64,000 nt of DNA from Vicugna vicugna. Taxonomy: Eukaryota. The notes beneath the pieces are model-generated. The model was not told where the DNA came from, ran no database searches, and saw nothing but the letters and a program-made list of their open reading frames with translations. Below are positions 1 to 11,870 of the stretch, piece by piece. The stretch covers positions 248,001 to 312,000 of the forward strand of contig MU058654.1 of assembly GCA_013265495.1 (NCBI GenBank), read 5' to 3'. The position numbers and the translations under genes are program-made. How positions within the stretch are numbered: position 1 is the first letter of the stretch; each line of letters begins with the position of its first letter.

Positions 1-849
1 CTTCATAAAGCCTGGGTACCACTTTTCCTTTGATGAAATGACAATAAAGATGGCATAGAGATGCTGGAGAAATGAACGCAAGTAACTCACTAGCACTCAA
101 CAAACATGAGTTACCTCTGGCCAGATCTGGAAGAAGGCAAAAACTTAAATTACGATGGTAGATGGGAAAGGGGCTGCTAATGAGTCAGGACACCGAATAA
201 TCTGCCCAGCTTCACTGCGAGTAAGGCTAGGGGGGCCTGAATCCACGCCCCTCACTCCTAGGGGTCTGGCCACACCGGCTGCTACCCTTCTCCCTGCAAG
301 CACGGTTAGAGGAATAAAACAATTAGAGCATGATGTCAAAATACATTTGACTGTGTCATAACCCCAGTGTAATATGACACAATGGAAATTTCAATTACGC
401 AGTGTGTTTGAGTGCAGAAGACCAGAGACATCGGGGGCACCCCTGCGTAATTAGCAGCTAATGCAGTCCAGGCAGGCACACGGTAACTCTGCGGTCGCCA
501 GCATTTATGCCCACTCGGAGGGCAGCCCCTTTATGTAAATATAAAAAGATAATTGCTATGGGGGGGGAAGGAGCAGGTATTGTTTATTTCAGGGATAAGG
601 AGGAGTGGGGTTTTCAATGCACAAAGCAGCCAGGAAGCGTGCCGCTTCTTCAAAGAGTGTGGAAACGAGGCTCAGCCACTCCGGAATCCTTCCACGCCCA
701 GGATGCGCCGGGGGTAAATGGACACACACAGAGACGAAGTTGCTGGAGCTTATTTATAGAAGCTTTCCCTCATCTCGTCTTTAAACATCAACAAAAGCGA
801 AGACCTGGCCCTGACTGGCTTCATCAACAGCATATGGAATAAATTATGC

Positions 850-1255
850 CTAACGACAGGCGTACAGCCGCTTTGCCACCACTGGGCGAGGATGCTGAGC
901 TTCGCGCGGTTCGGTTTGGCAGCCCAGCCGCTGGCTCCCTGAGTCCCTGTAACTGCGCGGATGAGTGGGGCAGTGGAGGGAGCGAGGCTAGCTAATTGGA
1001 AAGGGGGAGCACTTTACAAACACCATTACATGAAACGTGAGAAGTGTAACGTGGCAGGAAGCAGGCAGCACCTGGTGTCAGCGGCTAATTGTGTTGTTCG
1101 GTGGCATGTTAGCCCCGCGCGCTCCTGCGAACCCGCGTCGCTCGCTTGCCTCGCAGGCGCCACGTCCTGTGACTCGGGCTTGGATTACAGGATGGACCAG
1201 TTGGGTGGCAGCATCCTCCGGGAGTCACGTTTCCTTTAAGTGAACGCAGGCACAG
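850..1255. promoter_or_regulatory. CpG-rich island (putative enhancer or lncRNA/alternative promoter)
   Basis: About 30 CpG counted in ~410 bp against a CpG-depleted background; no repeat recognised; GCTAATTG homeobox motifs at ~991 and ~1084, E-boxes CACCTG ~1069 and CAGATG ~1253. Confidence 0.6.
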
Positions 1256-1374
1256 ATGACATATCTTTATCTGACCCTTGCAGGGCAGGGACAAGAGTCA
1301 TTTTGGCCACTTATGCAAAGATGTCTGGTTAAAAGAGGAAAAGTGAATTTAAAGAATATATTGGATTTTAGGAC

Positions 1375-1480
1375 TCTTGAACAAAAATTAGAAAGGCAGA
1401 AAAAGAAGAAATAAAAGAAAGGAGGACAAAGGAAAAAAGAAAATGAAGCAAGGAAGAAATCAATCAATAAAGAATGAATA
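1375..1480. repeat. A/G-rich low-complexity tract
   Basis: Almost entirely purine on + strand. Confidence 0.6.
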
Positions 1481-2054
1481 CAGGAAATTTTTTCTTTTTT
1501 TTAAATTAGAGCCAGTTTTCCATAACACATAGTAATATCTGTAAATGTCCCTCCATCACGGTTAGTATTTTTTACACGGAGGCATCATAAATAAAGGTAA
1601 ACTTCCTCAGTAGAAATTAATTACACTTTCAGGGAACATTGACCCTTGGATACCCGAATATTCCATTTATTCTAAACTTGAAGATAATATACATAGGCCT
1701 CTGATTTTTTCAGGATTCCTTCCTGGAACATTACTGTTTAGTGAAAAATTTATATTTACAGAGAAAATTGTCAAATTCGGAAGGAAAATGAATGAAATGA
1801 GATATTTTGTGTAGTCTTTAATTAGTAACAGCTCGTGATCTGTGACAGACATACTGTAATAAACTAAGTCAAAATATTTTTTTAAATCAAATTTAGATGA
1901 AGAATAAAATACGCAATATATTTTGTCTGGTCCTAATTTCCTAATAACTCAATATCATGGAAATATTTTTGAAAAGTCCCCAAATTCTGGCAAGTTTATT
2001 TTTGCATTTAAGTCTAAGATATATGGTTAAATCTAAAATGGATGTGATAAACCA

Positions 2055-2295
2055 TGTGGTTGAAAGAAAAGGGGTTTGTGAGTGAGACAGTTCAAGTCTC
2101 AAGTTCCAGTTCCAATACTTAGAAGCTGTGTGACTTCAGTCATGTAGCTTAACCTCTCTGAGATTCAATGATTTCATCTGTAAATTATGAACATTAATGT
2201 CCATCTTATAAAGCAGAATGAGGACCAAAAGGAAAAAACACATAAAAGGCTGAGCACCAGTGCCATTCACAATCAACATTCAGTTGTTTGCTTCT
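2055..2295 (+). mobile_element. MIR SINE
   Basis: MIR core 'agctgtgtgacttcagtcatgtagcttaacctctctgagattcaatgatttcatctgtaaa'. Confidence 0.8.
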
Positions 2296-4280
2296 TAAAT
2301 TAGAAATAGTATTAATATGTAGGGAAAAAACTGGTGGATATCTTCTGCCTTTTAACTAGACATTTTAAAAATACCCCCAATAAGTACCCAAGAGCATTAA
2401 TATATTTTCGAAGCTTCAAGCAGCAAATACAAATGACACACAGTATCTCTCCTTTGCCTCAAGACAATGTAAATTCTGTAAGCAGACATGAAACTTACCC
2501 CAAAATGGATCTATATCGAGTGCTTATCCCCAGGGATGTACTTTACACGTAACACGACGCGTCTGTTACTGTTGTAATTGGGAACCAGGAAAGCCATCGT
2601 TGTGGAGAGAGAGCAAGGCTCTCTGCAGTGTCAATGAGGTAGGGACAGAATGACATTTCCAGCATAATGTTAGCCAATTAGACGTTGGAAATACGTATGC
2701 ACAGCTCCAAACCACCTGTCATGTGCCTGGGTTCCTAATGGGGCACAGAAGGAGGTCACCAAAAAGAAAAGCAACAATCAGGGGGAAAGAAAAAATGTGA
2801 GTGTAAAGGAAAGACTGGCTGAAAACAGCAGCCCTCAGGAAGAAAGTCGCAAGGAAAATGGCTTTTGAATAGTTTTATGGCAAAATGCAATGGTCGCCCA
2901 AACTCTGCATCAGGGTCCCCTGTTTTGGAGAAAATGATACAGATGCCCTGCTGGCAGCTTAAGGAAGAAATGCTGCAAATCATCCCAGAGGCAACAAGAG
3001 GTACTAAAACTAGCCCCTTTCAATGCTGCCACCAAAAAAAAAAAAAAGCCTCTGTTCTCCCAATGAGGTTTTGCAAAAATGAATTACGCCATTAAGTGCC
3101 AAGAAGAAAATTAGCTATGAGCTTTTAAATTTAAAATGATCCCCTTTTTAATTGTAAAACAGTGGCACTTAACTGCTATTGATCCTGCTGAGACACATTA
3201 GGGACGAGGGTCACCATAACTGTTAATATTCACTGCTTAGTGAAAGAGCATCAAAGGACATTTTAATGTCACAGACTTTCTCGGGGAGTTTTTAAAGAAG
3301 GTTTGAATTAGCCAGCCTATGAATGAAAAGGACATGAGGTAGACAAATGTAGAAACAAATGTGATCGCAATTTTCTGCTAATCAAATCATAACTCAAGAT
3401 TGATTTTTTTTGGCAAAAGTTTATGTCATATAGATTTCCAAGGCTGGTCGACATTTAAAAGTCAGAGTATATATTTCCTATAGACTGAGACTTTCTAGAC
3501 AATCGTCCAATAGGGAATTTGTGTTTCTTTTTGAACACTTAAGTGTAAGAGAGAGTTTCCCTTCTGGGGAAGACCATTCCACTTTTGCATACTTCAGAAG
3601 GAAAGAATGTGAAAATGTCAATGATTTTTATTCAAAACTCAAAGCCGGTCCTACTTTTTTGAAACGTTTATTGGATGAGACAATAAACCACAGGTGAGTC
3701 TTCAGTTTTTTAAAAGCAGAAATTGCATTTTTAGCACACATTCAAAGGCGGTTTTCTTTCTCCTTTTGCCTAGGTCCTGCAGTGAATTTGAAAATATTGA
3801 ATCGGTGGCATCATCGACTTCAAGGATGCTGAACTTTGCCAAGGTAGGGAGTGAACAAAGGGTAAAATGAAACCCCCTTGTTCCTAAGCCCTCTGTTACA
3901 GGAAGGGAAATGTCAGAATGTTAAATTTAACATCATGTTGGATTTTTTTTTAATTTTAAAAAACTTTTTACTGACCAAAATATGCCTTTGCCTCTTTGCA
4001 ATGCCAACAGCCCACTATGCCAAAGAACTCTTGTTAAAATAGTATTATTTTGGTCCCTAGCTCAAAAATATGTCTTAATTACCTACAGAAACAATTTTTA
4101 GGGTATAAATTCTGGCGAATAAAATCTCACTGGAATTGTTCAGTAGAAAGGAAATGAACAAAAGGAAATCAGCGGTTTCTTTGAGCAGCTTAAATTCTTA
4201 CTATTTAAAAGAAAGTATTTCATTCTTTATGGCGTCACTGAGGTGTTCTGAGAACTGATGGAAAACCACCGATCTAAAGA

Positions 4281-5230
4281 GTGTATTCATTCTTAGATTC
4301 ATGTACCAGATAGTTACCAAATGCATATTCTCTGGGATCGCAGTCTGAGAAACAAGGAAACTCCTCAGGCATCAAGGGAGTCACAAGCTTAGGAAGAGAC
4401 AGATCAGAAGACAAGAATTTCTGATGTGAAAAATGCCCTAATCGAGTTCAGATCAGAACCCTATGAGAGTGTCATGTAGAGCACGAGCGCCTACCTGGGG
4501 TTGGAGAGATGAGAGAAGGGTTCCCAAGGGACTGGAACTTTGAGGATGAATTGATATTAGCCAGATGAAGACTTAGTCTTAAGGCATTCCAGGCAAGAAA
4601 AAAAATAAGTAAAGTTAAAAATGCAAAGATACATTGTTAAGAGCGAGCATGGGAATGACAGGAAAGTCACCAAGGAAAATAGAAGCCTAACCCCATCATG
4701 CTAAAGAGTGTGGATTTCATTCTTTAAAACAATGGAGGAACCATGGGAGAATTCTCAGCAGGTAAGTGATGTGATTGGATGTGTTATTAACCTTATTGTT
4801 TACTCTTCCAACAACATGGGGGACGAACTGGAAGGGACAAGCAAGGTTGGAGGCAGAGACCACAGCTGGAAGGCCATCGTCGCAACCAGGTGAGCAGTGA
4901 TAAGCTGCTTAACTATGGGATGGAAAGAAGCCATGGTCTGGGTGATTAACTGGAATTGGAAAGAAAGGAGGCAGTGGATGCCAAGAGTTGGATTTCTAAC
5001 TTAGATGATCGCGTGAACGAGCTACCCTTCTACCATGCACTGCGCTTAGGTTTACTGAATGAGTCTGTCATCTCTGGTGACCTGAAATATCAGAAAAAGG
5101 TTGTTAGGACGCCTCGGACTCTCAGCTGGGGGCACGTTGAGGTTGTCATCAAAGTGTAGGTGTCCACCAGGCAACTGAATTGGTAGGTCCTGAGCTCAGA
5201 CAAGAGACTTAAGTTCTAGCTACATTATCC
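4281..5230 (-). mobile_element. LINE-2 (L2) 3' part
   Basis: Begins with 'tattcattc' (antisense of L2 tail); L2-like 'aggcattccaggcaag', 'gttgaggttgtcatc...gtaggtgtccaccaggcaactg'. Confidence 0.7.
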
Positions 5231-5444
5231 AGGAAGACGCCCTGATTCTAGTGCTTCGGGGGCCTCTGAGCTCTCTAAAATCATTGTGAAATTGTGTGTT
5301 GTCACATGTACTTCACCACTGGGAAATTCATTGTATAAAACAGATTTTCAGAGATCAGTAATCAAAGAACTATCTATACAGACAGTAAGAGAGTCAAATG
5401 GGAAATTCCGAGCATCATCAGTGTTTACAAGACTGGAGTTAGCC

Positions 5445-5765
5445 TAGGTTATGAGGCCCTCCGTAATTTGTCCCCATCTCTGATTCCAAATCCCTACTGT
5501 TTTACCAAATCCCTCTTCTCTGGGCAAGTAGCTTGACTGTTGTCCAAAGCACCTCTTTTCTTTCCTACCTCCAAACATCTCCCCCTTTACCACCTGTCAG
5601 TTTCTCAGTGTATATCCTAGTCTCTCTCTATTGAAAGACCCAGTTCATTACCTTTATGGTTATTTTCCTTTTACCAACCCAAATGCCCCCTCCCACTTCT
5701 AAATTTCAGCCAGCCTCTTGTCAGTAGGTTTCGTTTGACCCTTACACAGTGCCTAGCACTTAATA
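5445..5765 (+). mobile_element. L2 fragment
   Basis: Pyrimidine-rich body ending 'acacagtgcctagcacttaataa'. Confidence 0.45.
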
Positions 5766-6044
5766 ATTTTTTCAAAATAAATATATAAGCCATACCTTGA
5801 GAAAGCTCTTGATATGCATTTTGTGTGATCCTTTAATGATGTGTGTATATATGGATATATGTGTACATTTGCATACACGTGCAAATGACTTGCTATATGC
5901 TGCCTACCAACTAGATTGTAAACACATCGAAGGCAAATGTCCATATTACATTTCTAAGTATAATTTTAAGCACACAGTAAGTATTTACATACCAAGAAAC
6001 CAGGAGGATGAAGAAAAGGATGAAGGGAAAGAGGCAGTGCATCA

Positions 6045-6225
6045 GATTCAGTAGAAAGAGTTCCAAGCTGGAGTTTGGAAATCTGGGTACCAATTCTGTC
6101 TCATTCTCTTTTAGGGTGAGACGGATATTTGACCTCTAAAACAAAGAAAAATCTACCTGCCCTATTTAGATCATAAGACTGCTGTGACGATTAAATGATA
6201 TAATGTATATAAATCATTTATATAA
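6045..6225 (+). mobile_element. MIR-family SINE (degenerate)
   Basis: 'ctacctgccctat...ctgctgtgacgattaaatgatataatgtatataaa' resembles MIR 3' part. Confidence 0.5.
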
Positions 6226-7359
6226 TATATAAATACTTTTTATAAAGTGTACTTAAATAACTATAAATACATTTTATAATATGAATAAAGAAGAATTGCT
6301 AATATATATATATAAAATATATATATAAATTAATCATAGGAGTACATTTCAATGATAGTCCATAATATTTTTATTTTGTTTCCTAAGTACTCAGTGCAGT
6401 TTTAAATGATTATAATTATTTTTTATAATAAGATTAGTTGAATGATTTTTTTCAATTGATTCCAATTCTAATTGAAACAAGTGCAATCACAGTAAAACAT
6501 TTAGCAAAATTTAAACAAGCTGCTAAATTTCTGTAACCGGTTAATAGTTCTAGCTAGAATGAGTTAAAAATTAGAACTTCCAAATTCTGGTGATAATAAA
6601 CCAGTCATTTTTAGAAGAGTTGACATGTGAATATACCACAATTTATACCAAAAGACTATTTCTAGAAATTGATCAAAAATACATTTATGGTAAATCAAAA
6701 TAATTTTTCAAAAGAACTAAGGGACTCAACTTAGAGACCCTGCCAAATATCATTTTAAAATAAGATTAATTTATTTTTTCAAGAGATTTTCTTGTTTGTT
6801 GTAGAATTTGTATTAAATATTCATAAACTAGGACTTAACTTTACGTATTTTTTTGCATATCAGTAATCAATGTTCTATTTAGAATACATGAACCTTTGCA
6901 GTTAAAGGGATTGATCAATCTTTATTTATTTTTCATCTTTGCAATAAGTGCATTAAAAATTTTAATCCCAAATTTTATTTTGTGTATTTTTTATACAAAA
7001 TTTGAGTCCATACAGGCTCACTTCTGGATACCTTCTGCAGAAACAAAGCAGTTTTGATTCCCATATATATGAATTAAATCACTATGGTTGGAATGGTTAA
7101 AAAAATATGTTAGAAAAGGAGAGGGTATAAACCGTGTGCAAATTAGGGCAGGGAGAGGCATTTTTTGAATGATCTCTTTAGAGAGATTATGGAAGCAGGT
7201 TCTAAATAAGTCCCAGTCTTGGAGCTGTGGGTTAGTGGAGACTGGCATGGTGGTTATGAGACAGATAAGCAGACCATGAAGAATGTTCCCACCATGTCTG
7301 GAGCTGTGAACCCAAATCCACACACACCCGCTGACCTTGCCTTCACAGCGATGACAACG

Positions 7360-7691
7360 CTTTGTGGAGTCTGAAACGCATACATTTTGAGGGACACTCT
7401 CAAAGAAAGAAAAATAATGAATTATAAATATAAAATTAGTTATGGATGGAAATATTCATTTAAAATAAGAAAAGAAATGACAAGTTTTTGAGTCTTGGAA
7501 ATGCAGGTCCATTTTTCCTGTGGTCACCTTAGAAGTTTGCTAAAATGCTTCAGAATAATGGTTCCAATGGCAAGGTGACTTTTTCCTCACCTGGACAGGT
7601 CTCACCCTGGCACTTCCCAGCACTCACAGAGACCCACTCACAAGGGCCCTGGAGTGTAAGCTTTGTGATCCTGGCAGGAATCCTGCCTCTG
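7360..7691 (-). mobile_element. hAT-Tip100 DNA transposon remnant (Zaphod/MER115-like)
   Basis: Right end reverse-complements to 'cagaggcaggatt...aagcttacactccagggccc', like the recalled Zaphod terminus; left part 'tacattttgagggacactctcaaagaaagaa...aaaattag' resembles the opposite end. Confidence 0.55.
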
Positions 7692-8380
7692 GCACTGAGA
7701 ACCTGTAAGAAGTCATCAGCTGAGTACCTGTGATGGCTCCACATTGATTCATCCTATGAACCGTCCCATGAGAACCATCCCATGGGAACCCCTGGGTTGC
7801 CATAAACCCAATGTGAACCCAACCATGAACAGCTCAGGCAACATTCTCTGGAAAAGACAACACCTGCACTGTGAAATTCCAGTTTCCCAGTAAAGAAAAA
7901 TAACGTTACTTTGGAAGGGACTGTGGGCTTGTGGTTCTTCCTGCAGCTTGACAGCCTCACTTTGCACCTGTCACAGTCCCCGTGGCGAGAAGTTCCAGGC
8001 CTCCCACTCCCTGGCTGTGTGGTTACAAGGCCTGTGTTGCATGGTAGAGAAGATGTGGTCCCAGTGGTTCACGATTTGGTCCTCAGGCTGCCAGCATCAC
8101 AGATTAACTTGCTCCAAGTCCAGCAGTCTGGCACTGGCCAGTAATCACAGGGGTAGCTTTAGGTCCTGCCCTGGAGTTTCAGGGGTGAGGCTATGAGTTG
8201 ATTGACCTAAAACTAAGCCAACTGCTGATGAGAGTTAGGAAGTCACAACACTTCTGTGTCTGTTCTGACACTCTGACAGGTCAATAACATTGAATTTGCA
8301 CTTCAGAACTGGAACGTTATTTAAAAAAATCAAGGTGCTTTAGTAGCTGACAGCCAAGAGAGTCCAAGAATGTGTTAAGG

Positions 8381-9373
8381 TAAACAGCTCATACAACTTA
8401 ATAACAACAACAAAAAACAACCCAATTCAAAATAGGGCAGAACATCTAAACAAGCAATTCTTCAATGAAGACATACAAATGGCCAATAGGCACATGAAAA
8501 AATGCTCAATATTGCTAATTATTAGAGAAATGCAAATCAAAACTACAGTGAGGTATCACCTCACATCAGTCAGAATGGCCATCATTAAAAAATCCACAAA
8601 CCACAAATGCTGGAGACGGTGTGGAGAAAAGGCAACCTCCCTACACTGCTGGTGGGAATGCAGTTTGGTGCAGCCACTATGGAAAACGGTATGGAGACTC
8701 CTCAAAAAAAAAAACTAAAAATAGACTTAATATATGATCCAGCAATCCCACTCCTGGGCATACATCCAGAGAGAACTCTAATTTGAAAAGTTACATGCAC
8801 CCCAATGTTCATAGCAGCACTATTTACAATAGCTAAGACATGGAAACAATCTAAATGTCCATCAACAGATGACTGGATAAAGAAGCTGTGGTATATTTAT
8901 ACAATGGAATATTACCCAGCCATAAAGAAGAATAAAATAATGCCATTTGCAGCAACATGGATGGACCTCAAGTTCATCATGCTAAGTGAAGTAAGCCAGA
9001 AAAAGAAAGAAAAATACCATATGTGGAATCAGAAAAAGGAAAAAGAAGACATGAATGAACTCACCTACAAAACAGAAGCAGACTTGCAGACATAGTAAAC
9101 AGTCTTATGGCTACTTAGGGGAAAGAGGGTGGGAAAGGATAAATTTGGGAGTTTGAGATTTGCAAATATTAACTACTATGCATAAAAATAGATTAAAAAA
9201 CAAGTTCATTCTGTATAGCACAGGGAACTACATTCAATATCTTATAATAATCTTTCATGAAAAAGAATATGAAAATGAATATATGTATGTATGTGTATGA
9301 CTGGGACATTGTGCTGTACGCCAGAGATTGACCCAGTGTAACTGACTATACTTCAATTAAAAAAAAAAAAAAG
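8381..9373 (+). mobile_element. 5'-truncated lineage-specific LINE-1 (ORF2 C-terminus, 3'UTR, polyA)
   Basis: ORFs 8479-8718 (CWRRCGEK...HCWWEC Cys-rich domain) and 8805-9095 (MFIAALFTIAKTWKQ...TMEYY) are L1 ORF2p; frameshift at A-run ~8705-8714, stop TGA 8784; TSD aagaa(t/c)gtgttaagg at 8366-8380 and 9374-9388. Confidence 0.95.
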
Positions 9374-9554
9374 AAGAACGTGTTAAGGGTGTGAACTGGC
9401 CATTCCGGCCTCCCAGACAGGAAGAATGGAGCACCTCAGGATGAAGAGGTTAGAAAGCTCACTTGCGTGTACGTGGGGGGCCAAGACAGGAGAAGGCCAG
9501 ACAGAAGGTGGTGATGGGACACAGAGCATCAGAATCCAAAGAGTCCAGTGGACT

Positions 9555-9743
9555 TAGGGTTGTCAGATAAAATACAAGGCACTCACTTATGTTTGAAATT
9601 CAGATATGCATTAATTAATTTTTTAGTATGAGTATATCCCACATATTGTATGAGACATATTTAAACTAAAAAATATTTTTCTGTATCTGGAATTTAAGTT
9701 TCACTCAGTCCTGTATTTTTATTTGCTAAGTCTGGCAACACTA
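9555..9743. mobile_element. MER53-type palindromic hAT MITE
   Basis: TIRs tagggttgtcaga / tctggcaacacta; internally palindromic 'ttttagtatgagtatatccca...tgagacatatttaaactaaaa'; ~190 bp. Confidence 0.85.
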
Positions 9744-9844
9744 GCTGGAAAGCCAAATAAAAGGGAAACCCTAAATTAGCCAGGACCATTCAGTACTAGG
9801 AAATAGAAAACCAGGCCAAGGACTCAAAGGAAAAATAAAAACAA

Positions 9845-10740
9845 ATATATAGTCAGTTGATTTTTCACAGTGGTGCGAATACATTTGGACAAAGAAGAGG
9901 AGCTGGAACACCTAGACATTTTTATGGGAAAAAATAAAACATGACCCTTATCTTACATCATGCATGATAATCAATTTGAAATAGATCATATACCTAAATG
10001 TAAATGCAAAAACTATAAAACTCCTAAAAGATAAACATAGAAGAATATCTTTGCAACATGAGGGAGGCAGAGATTTCTTTGGATACAAAAAATAAAAGGA
10101 GTTAAGCATAGAAGAAGAAAGGATAAATTGGTATTTTCGATTGAATTCCCTAAAGGCAGAGCTTGAGAGGGGGACTCTTGTGTGAGCCACGCATTTTGTG
10201 AGTGTTTGCAAGGGACATCTGTAAGGAAGTAAGGGAAGCAGGGTAGGACAGTGGAAGCAACTCAGCAAAGAAGTGGGGTCAGCTCCAGTCCAGCCTCTGC
10301 CTAATCCCACAAGGAGCCTCAGGACACAAATGGTCCCTCAGTGTTGTCCCACATGGAGGTCAGGGGACAGGCCTTTTGTACTGCAGTAACAGCCAGTCAT
10401 TTGTCTAAGCCATTTCAGAAAAGAGCGTGGCATCCCAGTTATTTCTAGATGAGATGGCTCTTGTTGGCTGAGAACAAATCTCCTGAGAAGGCGATCGCCA
10501 TAAACCTTGAGCGACCAACATTCCCATTAGCTGAGAATGAGTCTATTATCACTGGACATCATCAAAGTTAAAAGCTCCCAACAATCAAAAGATGTCATTA
10601 AGAAAATGAGTAAAGTCACATATTAGAAGAAAATATTTGCAACTCATGGGTCTGACAAAGGGCTTATGTCCAGAATACATAAAAAAATCCCGCAAACCCA
10701 TACAAACAACCCATGTTTTAAAAATGAGCAAAGATCTTAC
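9845..10740 (+). mobile_element. Old L1M ORF2 fragment, split by an ERVL LTR
   Basis: 'cagttgattttt', 'aaaactataaaactcctaaaagataaacatag' and, after the LTR, 'gaagaaaatatttgcaactcat...tctgacaaaggg'. Confidence 0.8.
10131..10545 (-). mobile_element. ERVL solo LTR (LTR16-like)
   Basis: 'ttccctaaaggcagagcttgagagg...ctgtaaggaagtaagggaagcagg' resembles antisense LTR16; interrupts the L1M. Confidence 0.6.
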
Positions 10741-11250
10741 ATGTAGAAAACCCTAAAGATTCCATAACAAAAAACTGTTAGAACTCAAAAATGTAGCAGA
10801 GTAGCAGGACACAAAATCAACACACAAAAATCAGTTGCATTTCTATACACTAACAATGAACAATCAGAAAAGGATGTTATGAAAACAATTTCATTATAAT
10901 AGTATAAAAAAGAATAAAATACTTAGGAATTAACTTAGCCAAAGAAGTAAAAGAGTTACACAATGAAAACTACAAACCATTGCTGAAAGAAATGAAAGGA
11001 GATATAAGTTAATAGAAACACATACCATGTGGAAATGGAAGACTTAATATTGTCAAGATGTCAATACGACCGAAAGCAATCTGCAGATTCAATGCAATCT
11101 CTAACCAAATCCCAAGGACAACTTTGCAAAATTAGAAAAACCCGTCTTAAAATTCACGTGGAATCTCAAAGAACCTCAGCTAGTCAAAACAACGTTGAAA
11201 AAGAAAAACAGAGCTGGAAGACTCACACATCCTGATTTCAAAACTTACTG
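10735..11250 (+). mobile_element. L1M ORF2 fragment (region just after the RT core)
   Basis: 'tagaaaaccctaaagattcc...aaaatcaacacacaaaaatcagttgcatttctatacactaacaatgaacaatc...cctgatttcaaaacttact'. Confidence 0.85.
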
Positions 11251-11334
11251 AGCTCTCTAGTGAAATCTTTTCTTTTTTTCAGACAGCATCTTAATTCCTT
11301 TGTACCTCCCTCCAGTACCTCTGCCTTGTCAGAA

Positions 11335-11870
11335 ATGTACAACCTTGATGGATGGCAGGGTCTGGAATTTAACATAAGAAATTGGCTCTATGCTTGCAGA
11401 ATGCTTAAAAAACAAACAAACAAACAAAACGAACACTGAGTTAAGTAACCTGAAGATACTAACGGGGAAAAGGGGAAGCGGTTGTGGGTATCAGGACCTG
11501 AGAGCGCGCAGGAGGATCTCCACGGTGCTCAGGCTCAGAGCTTCAACGAAGGACCACTTCTGAGCTGCCGCTCAAACTCCTAGAAAGGCAGCGTGAGGCT
11601 GATTCCGCAAGGGCCAAATGAAGCTGGGGCAGGAAGCAAGTGCATTGTTGGAGCAACACTAAAAGCAGCAGGAAGCAAAGGGGGAGGATCTAGTCCCTCC
11701 TTCATTCTCCAGTCCTGCCATCTCTTCCTGCCACCACCCCTTGGCAGCACCTGTAACAGGGGCAAACACGGGCAGCTGGCAGAGCCATGATGTGGTTTCA
11801 GAATCTCTTCATCTATGTCACACAAAGCAGGGTTGAAGCTGCGAGACAGTATGTAGTGACTGGCATAACA
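11335..11870 (-). mobile_element. Ancient LTR remnant (LTR78/79-like)
   Basis: End 'gggttgaagctgcgagacagtatgtagtgactggcataaca' resembles recalled antisense LTR78-group terminus. Confidence 0.35.

Noticed and set aside
5866..5887. Octamer-containing dyad catttgca/tgcaaatg
   Set aside because: Sits in a low-complexity TG/TA-rich tract where such dyads arise by chance.
8479..9095. Two adjacent ORFs with real protein homology
   Set aside because: They are frameshifted, stop-interrupted L1 ORF2p C-terminus, not a host gene.
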